Assembly: GCA_023818895.1 (NCBI GenBank) | Contig: JAMWCX010000002.1 | Coordinates: forward strand, 210,001-242,000 | Source of the DNA: Candidatus Omnitrophota bacterium | Lineage (GTDB): Bacteria > Omnitrophota > Gorgyraeia > 2-01-FULL-45-10 | Length of the DNA: 32,000 bases | Direction: 5' to 3' | Shown here: positions 27,244 to 32,000 of the stretch, in pieces | Layout: each line of letters begins with the position of its first letter | How positions within the stretch are numbered: position 1 is the first letter of the stretch | Translations under genes and position numbers: made by a program | Notes under the pieces: model-generated | The model's database searches: none | What the model saw: only the letters and a program-made list of their open reading frames with translations | Told to the model about the DNA's origin: nothing

Positions 27244-27296
27244 AATTATAATCCGGCAAATAAAGGTGTTGGTGTCAAAAATACTTCTTTGGTTAG

Positions 27297-27324
27297 ATTA
27301 TATCACAGGGATTGTTAAAAACAA
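27297..27324 (-). promoter_or_regulatory. Candidate extended -10 promoter upstream of the interrupted sigma gene
   Basis: On the minus strand: TTGTTT (27324-27319), a 16-nt spacer ending in TGA, then TATAAT (27302-27297), that is TGnTATAAT. A TTGACACC box (27278-27271) homologous to the -35 of the paralog lies closer to the ATG, but it has no -10 at proper spacing. Confidence 0.4.
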
Positions 27325-27354
27325 CCTTTTGAGGCGGGAATGATCGGGCGGTAA

Positions 27355-29136
27355 TTATCTGGTCACCCGCTCATCGATAAAGATGACGGCCTCGCTCGAT
27401 ACACCGTCATCCTTCAGCGCTGCGGGCGCCTTATCTCTGAAAGTGTCTTTTATGGCCGCGGCAAATGCCTTGACGGCATTCTGTATCGTTGCGGAGTATT
27501 TTTCCCTGACAGGCCATATAACTTTTTCATAAATCTCGATCGATAGCTTCTCGGTGCCGCTTAAAGCGGCTCCATCCTTACGCTTTATCTCCTCGATGGC
27601 AAGGTCGACCAGGATCTTTCTCTTTGCGCGCTGGTCGAGGGCAAGTGTCCCCAGTTCCTCCGGAAGCTCTATCATGCCCATATATTCTTTCAGCAGCTCT
27701 TCGAGCTGGACATAGGTCGCTTCTGTCGTGACGATGTAGTCATTGTATGCGGCCGTCTGTGTCCTGGTGAGCGTATCGAGCGCCGCTTTGATCACGCTAA
27801 AATCCACCACTCCGCTGAAGGCATCCCGCATCGATTCGGCAATCCGTATGCACTGCATAGCCTCGGTAAACTCTTGCATCGTTTCATCATCGATATATTC
27901 ACGCTCCCTTACCAGGGCTTCGGCAGCTTCAAGCATACCTGATTCAATATCGGTCTTATCCTTCTTGGAATTTAAGGCGGCGATTATGGCGTCGAGGCCT
28001 TCTTCTTTGGCCAGGGCTTCAGCCGCCGCATTTAGATGCTTGAGGCCAGCCTCATAAGCGCGCTCCCGCGACTGAGATCTTTCGGCAACATTGTAATCAA
28101 CTGCCGCGCCGGCTTCGCCGGTTTCCGGTAAGCCCGCAAGGCTTTCGACGGGTTGTTTATTATTCAACTCCTTAACCTGGTTGTAAGCCGTTTGCGATAT
28201 AGCCAATTCATCACGCAGTTTAGGGTAGAGATCTCTCTGCCCTAAGATTGGCCGGATCGACGCAGTAGTCTGCCCGGCATCCGTCGCTGTAATGCGAGGG
28301 GTAACTGACCAGTTGAAGCTCTCGCCATAACCGTCAGAGGCAGTCTCTTTTCGTAATAAGATCGGATCTTTTGAAAACGCTATAATCTGCTCACCGTCGC
28401 CTGATGTTATCCGTACAGCGGTCGGCAACCCCATCGATATTGTGCTAAATACGCGGTCGGAGATTTTATTATACGCTCCCGTAGATTGATCCAGCATATA
28501 CACACCATCCGGCATATATTTTACTGTTACAATCTGTTGACTAAAATTCTCTTTCATAAGCCAATAACCGCTCTCGTCTTTCTTGACCCATACGACAGTT
28601 TGGCCAATATCTGAGTTACCCAGCAATACATAACTTACCACCCCGTTCTTGATTTCGGCAAAAATATCCGAAGAATTTATTGATCCGGCATCTCTCGGGG
28701 AAACACTAAGGCCACGACCTCCCAGAACGAGTTGCCGTGTTTCATCTTCAATCAGTAACGAGCCTTGTGGCTCACTATTTGTCGCATACCTTTCGCCAGC
28801 AACCGATATGACGCCTCCTCCCTTCGGTCCCTGCAGCGGTAGGCTTTCGGGCGCGTTCTCTGAAACATGGGTTTTCAGCTGGTTATCCGCGACACCGAGA
28901 ATATCCGAACGATTCTGAACATTATCTTCGCTCTTCGGGTTCCATTCTGATGGGATGACCCAGCCCGGAGTTGATAAAGCGCTCTGACGTTGCTCAAGTC
29001 TTCGCGTCGCATCTTCACGGTAGCCGTCAGATGCGGCCCCAATGCCTCCCGGCCAGCAAACTACAAGGACCATAATTGATAATATAATGGTATTATTTTT
29101 AATATATTTCACCTTATATAATATTAGAGCATACAT
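27355..29136 (-). CDS. Hypothetical secreted or membrane-anchored protein, with a beta-rich N-terminal half and an alpha-helical Glu/Ala/Leu-rich C-terminal half
   Basis: 593-aa ORF with an N-terminal hydrophobic signal/anchor (NNTIILSIMVLVVCWPGGIGAAS). I recognise no family motif. The start is either ATG 29136 or GTG 29112 (MKYIKNNT...), and neither has a strong SD. Confidence 0.6.
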   Translation of the reverse strand: MYALILYKVKYIKNNTIILSIMVLVVCWPGGIGAASDGYREDATRRLEQRQSALSTPGWVIPSEWNPKSEDNVQNRSDILGVADNQLKTHVSENAPESLPLQGPKGGGVISVAGERYATNSEPQGSLLIEDETRQLVLGGRGLSVSPRDAGSINSSDIFAEIKNGVVSYVLLGNSDIGQTVVWVKKDESGYWLMKENFSQQIVTVKYMPDGVYMLDQSTGAYNKISDRVFSTISMGLPTAVRITSGDGEQIIAFSKDPILLRKETASDGYGESFNWSVTPRITATDAGQTTASIRPILGQRDLYPKLRDELAISQTAYNQVKELNNKQPVESLAGLPETGEAGAAVDYNVAERSQSRERAYEAGLKHLNAAAEALAKEEGLDAIIAALNSKKDKTDIESGMLEAAEALVREREYIDDETMQEFTEAMQCIRIAESMRDAFSGVVDFSVIKAALDTLTRTQTAAYNDYIVTTEATYVQLEELLKEYMGMIELPEELGTLALDQRAKRKILVDLAIEEIKRKDGAALSGTEKLSIEIYEKVIWPVREKYSATIQNAVKAFAAAIKDTFRDKAPAALKDDGVSSEAVIFIDERVTR

Positions 29137-29184
29137 TTTTTGCCTATGAATGGTAATTATCTTACTTTTTTATGATTTAATTTC

Positions 29185-30360
29185 CTAATATTTGTAGACG
29201 CGAGGAACTCGGTTGGAGATACCGCAGACTACTTCGTAGGCTATTGACTCGGCCATGCGGGCAAGATTTTCGGCCCTTATCTCATCGAGGCCCTGCTTGC
29301 CTATAAGCACGACCTCGTCGCCGACCTTAACGCCTTTTATATGCCCTACATCTACCATGGTCTGGTCCATAGTCACTTTGCCGACCACCCTTGCCCTCTG
29401 ACCCTTCACCAACACTTCGGCCTTATTGGAGAGCTTCCTACCGTAACCATCGGCGTAGCCGATCGGAAGAGTGGCTATTCGGGTATGCTTCTGGGTAATG
29501 TGCGTCCGGCCGTAGCTTATTGAACGGCCTGGCGGGGTATCCTTAAGAAATACGATGCGGGTCTTAAGCGTAAGGGCGGGTTTTAATTTTATCAGCTTTG
29601 GAAAATTATATTTTGGATACATGCCGTAAATTATGAGGCCTGGACGGACCAGGTTAAGGTGAGAACGCTTAAAATCCACGGTCGCGATGGAATTGGCCGC
29701 ATGCTTTAACGGGATCTTTATCCAATTCTTCTCGATATCTGACAGGAGTTTCTCAAAAGCCTCTATCTGGTAATTGGTGAAGAAGTTATCATGGCCGGCG
29801 GAAGAAAAGTGAGTATAGATGCCTTCGAGAATTATACCCTTTTCGGCCGAAACCTTTTTAACAAAACCGAGCGCATCTTCATGCCATACGCCCACCCGGC
29901 CCATTCCGGTATCAACTTTTACATGAACCTTGACCGACCTCCCAACTGAGACCTCTTCCCTGATAGCTTCGAGCAGCTCTTCCCCGCCCAGGGTAATGGT
30001 AATGTCCTTCTGCGAGGCAACCTTCACCTCTGCGGGCAAGACAGAGCCCAGTATAAGAATTGGTGCTGTGATGCCGTGGTCTCTTAAGCGCAGGGCTTCG
30101 TCCGTTGTCGCCACGCCGAGGTAATCGACGCCCGCCCTTTCAAGGACCGAGGAGACTTCGACGGTACCGTGACCGTAAGCGTTGGCCTTGACAACGGCCA
30201 TGACGTACACGTCTTTTCCGACCAGCCTTTTCACCTGGCGGTAGTTATACTCTATAGCCCGCAGGTCTATTTCAGCCCATGTGGGACGGTGGTGAGTGTG
30301 AATGACCCCATCCCTGGTCCTCACTGATATTTCGCGCACCTTACTTCCCTGTGATATCAC
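29185..30360 (-). CDS. alr: Alanine racemase (PLP-dependent)
   Basis: RPTWAEIDLRAIEYNY, the PLP-lysine motif AVVKANAYGHG and a C-terminal beta-domain (YGRTHI...IATLPIGYADGY, MDQTMVDV). The start is uncertain. GTG 30360 (GAGGGA upstream) overlaps tsaB by 20 nt, while GTG 30339 lies 1 nt after the tsaB stop. Confidence 0.9.
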   Translation of the reverse strand: MISQGSKVREISVRTRDGVIHTHHRPTWAEIDLRAIEYNYRQVKRLVGKDVYVMAVVKANAYGHGTVEVSSVLERAGVDYLGVATTDEALRLRDHGITAPILILGSVLPAEVKVASQKDITITLGGEELLEAIREEVSVGRSVKVHVKVDTGMGRVGVWHEDALGFVKKVSAEKGIILEGIYTHFSSAGHDNFFTNYQIEAFEKLLSDIEKNWIKIPLKHAANSIATVDFKRSHLNLVRPGLIIYGMYPKYNFPKLIKLKPALTLKTRIVFLKDTPPGRSISYGRTHITQKHTRIATLPIGYADGYGRKLSNKAEVLVKGQRARVVGKVTMDQTMVDVGHIKGVKVGDEVVLIGKQGLDEIRAENLARMAESIAYEVVCGISNRVPRVYKY

Positions 30361-31009
30361 ATTCCCTCGAATATAAATATAACGGCTCTAGGTTCTCTAC
30401 CTTGACGAATCTTTTTTTTCTAAACCGCTCAAGCCCTAACCTTCCAACGACTTCGGGTTTAGGATGCCAGGAGGAAACAGGCACTATCGAACACGGCAAT
30501 TTCGATGCGGCGCGCTCAGCAAAGTCACCGATAAACTTTACATCTTTATATTTTTTAAGGCCCTCGAGGAGTTCCTTAAGCGGCAGTAGCAGATATCTGG
30601 AAAGCCTTTTTACTCTCTTGCCGTCCGAACAGTATATGCAGGCGTATACCTTGTCTTTACGCGCATCCAATACGATACATATTATACCATGTATTCCCAC
30701 GCTGGCAGCTGCTATCACGTCCATAGTCGGCACTGCCACTACCCTCTTTTTCATAGCAAAGGCAAGTCCCTTGACCGTAGCGACTCCTATCCTAAGACCA
30801 GTGAAGGAGCCTGGACCTACGCTTACGGCAAAACCACCAATATCGAAGATTTTAAGCCGCGCCTTCTTTAGGGCAGAGTCTATCGCAGGCATAAGTAAAC
30901 TGGAATGGCTTCGCGGCGCTTTTCTATGGATGCGAGAGGCTACCCTCTCACCGTCCATTACGGCAACGCTAAGATAATCGGTCGAAGTATCTATAGCTAA
31001 CATCTTCAT
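30341..31009 (-). CDS. tsaB: tRNA N6-threonylcarbamoyladenosine (t6A) biosynthesis protein TsaB (YeaZ)
   Basis: 222 aa with MKMLAIDTSTDYLSVAV...GPGSFTGLRIGVATVKGLA, the ASKHA-fold YeaZ signature. There is an ATGA overlap with the tsaE stop. Confidence 0.88.
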   Translation of the reverse strand: MKMLAIDTSTDYLSVAVMDGERVASRIHRKAPRSHSSLLMPAIDSALKKARLKIFDIGGFAVSVGPGSFTGLRIGVATVKGLAFAMKKRVVAVPTMDVIAAASVGIHGIICIVLDARKDKVYACIYCSDGKRVKRLSRYLLLPLKELLEGLKKYKDVKFIGDFAERAASKLPCSIVPVSSWHPKPEVVGRLGLERFRKKRFVKVENLEPLYLYSRECDITGK

Positions 31010-31419
31010 CGTTTCTTGATCTCTATCTTTCTCTTGTTCTCTCCCACCACACTTAATCTAACTTCTATATATTTTGCCGGCAACAGCTCTCTTATCTTAT
31101 CTGCCCATTCTATCACCGTAACGCCGTCGCTGTAAAAGTACTCTTCGTAGCTTTCCGCGTCCAGGACGCTCGTCTTGTCGGGGCGGTAAAGGTCAAAATG
31201 GTAGAGCGGAAGCCTCCCTATGTATTCCTTTATGATGACAAAAGTCGGGCTATTCACATAACGCGGGTTCTTAACCCCTAGCCCCTTGGCTATACCTTTT
31301 GTAAAGACCGTCTTACCGGAGCCGAGATCGCCTATAAGAGCTACCACATCGCCTTTTTTAAGAGTGCGCGCAAGGGCAGCTCCCGCCTCGATTGTGTCTT
31401 TCACGCTTTTTGATATCAT
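31006..31419 (-). CDS. tsaE: t6A biosynthesis ATPase TsaE (YjeE)
   Basis: 137 aa with the P-loop LIGDLGSGKTVFTKGIAKGLG, then SPTF and HFDLYR motifs. Confidence 0.9.
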   Translation of the reverse strand: MISKSVKDTIEAGAALARTLKKGDVVALIGDLGSGKTVFTKGIAKGLGVKNPRYVNSPTFVIIKEYIGRLPLYHFDLYRPDKTSVLDAESYEEYFYSDGVTVIEWADKIRELLPAKYIEVRLSVVGENKRKIEIKKR

Positions 31420-32000
31420 CTAAAAATGCAGATATCCTTTTTTATCCAACTTTTTGATACGGCCGCTTCTTGTGATAAGCGTGTAACCGTACTTTTCCGG
31501 CATAATCTCTCCGATCAGTGTCAGAGGCGTCCTCATGAGCCCGGCGGAGGCGAGCGCAAATAGGCGCCTGGCCTCTGAAGGCCTCATCGTAAATAGAAGC
31601 TCGAAATCCTCGCCGTCTGAAATGGCTCTTTCGAATGAGCTGGCATCGCGCGAAACAGGTATAAGGTCCTGGCTTATCCTGGCGCCGACGCCGCTTGCCT
31701 GCAGGACACGCCAAAGATCAATCGCGAGCCCGTCACTTATGTCTATCATCGAGCTTATCTTAAATTTTTTAACAAGCGTCCTGGCCTCCGCCACTCTTGG
31801 CAAAAACCTCAGGTGTTTGAACTTATGCGCACCGCCTATAGTGCCGGTCACCATGATAAGATCGCCTGGCCTGGCGCCGTTTCTTGTCACAAGATTTTTT
31901 CTTTCGACTTCGCCTATCAACGAAACATCCATGACAAGCCTCTTCGAGCGACAGGTATCGCCGCCGACAAGGTTGACGCCGAACTTCGAAGCAAGCGCCC
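31420..32000 (-). CDS. thiL: Thiamine-monophosphate kinase, C-terminal part. The 5' end lies beyond the right window edge.
   Basis: The minus-strand frame is open from 32000. Hand translation upstream of the ORF-track Met gives ...ALSKFGVNLVGGDTCRSKRLVMDVSLIGEV, then RPGDLIMVTGTIGGA and DISDGLAIDLWRVLQASGVGARI. These are PurM-like/ThiL motifs. Confidence 0.8.
   Translation of the reverse strand, partial: ALASKFGVNLVGGDTCRSKRLVMDVSLIGEVERKNLVTRNGARPGDLIMVTGTIGGAHKFKHLRFLPRVAEARTLVKKFKISSMIDISDGLAIDLWRVLQASGVGARISQDLIPVSRDASSFERAISDGEDFELLFTMRPSEARRLFALASAGLMRTPLTLIGEIMPEKYGYTLITRSGRIKKLDKKGYLHF

Noticed and set aside
27244-27250. TATAAT one nucleotide upstream of the sigma-2 ATG, read as a promoter for a leaderless mRNA.
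   Set aside because: A -10 box ending 1 nt before the ATG would place the TSS inside the coding region. The related block upstream of sigma-1 is TATATT. This is more likely conserved leader or initiation-region sequence.

Overview
All roughly 30 supported genes in this window lie on the minus strand and are tightly packed, with several ATGA-type start/stop overlaps. The content points to a diderm (LPS-making) bacterium, but I cannot name the organism from sequence alone. All calls come from hand translation and motif recognition; no homology search was run.

Reading in the direction of transcription (right to left):
- thiL (partial), tsaE, tsaB, alr.
- An accessory island at about 21.1-29.1 kb (described below).
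- A branched-chain amino-acid operon, ilvD-ilvB-ilvN-ilvC-leuA, behind a perfect consensus sigma70 promoter.
- aroE-pilD-aroC-aroK, then two small membrane proteins, then dprA-topA-xerC.
- An LPS cluster, waaA-lpxK plus two fusion genes: LpxL-type acyltransferase::ELM1/DUF1022, and GT4::GT9 heptosyltransferase. The second fusion is missing from the ORF track because it runs off the left edge.

The accessory island is the most interesting part. It contains an orphan 593-aa secreted protein and two paralogous ECF sigma / membrane anti-sigma modules that bracket a large secreted GLUG-repeat (beta-helix-like) protein.
- One module has an intact FecR-TPR anti-sigma, but its sigma gene carries an in-frame TAG at a position that is CAG in the paralog.
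- The other module has an intact sigma, but its anti-sigma has precisely lost the FecR domain.
- The GLUG gene is also split by an in-frame TAG between its signal peptide and its body.
- TAG is otherwise the commonest genuine stop codon here (11 of 27), so recoding is unlikely. The pattern suggests either a decaying or a conditionally expressed surface-signalling system.

Several ORF-track starts are over-extended and were re-set from RBS and alignment evidence. No rRNA, tRNA, CRISPR array or transposon is supported.
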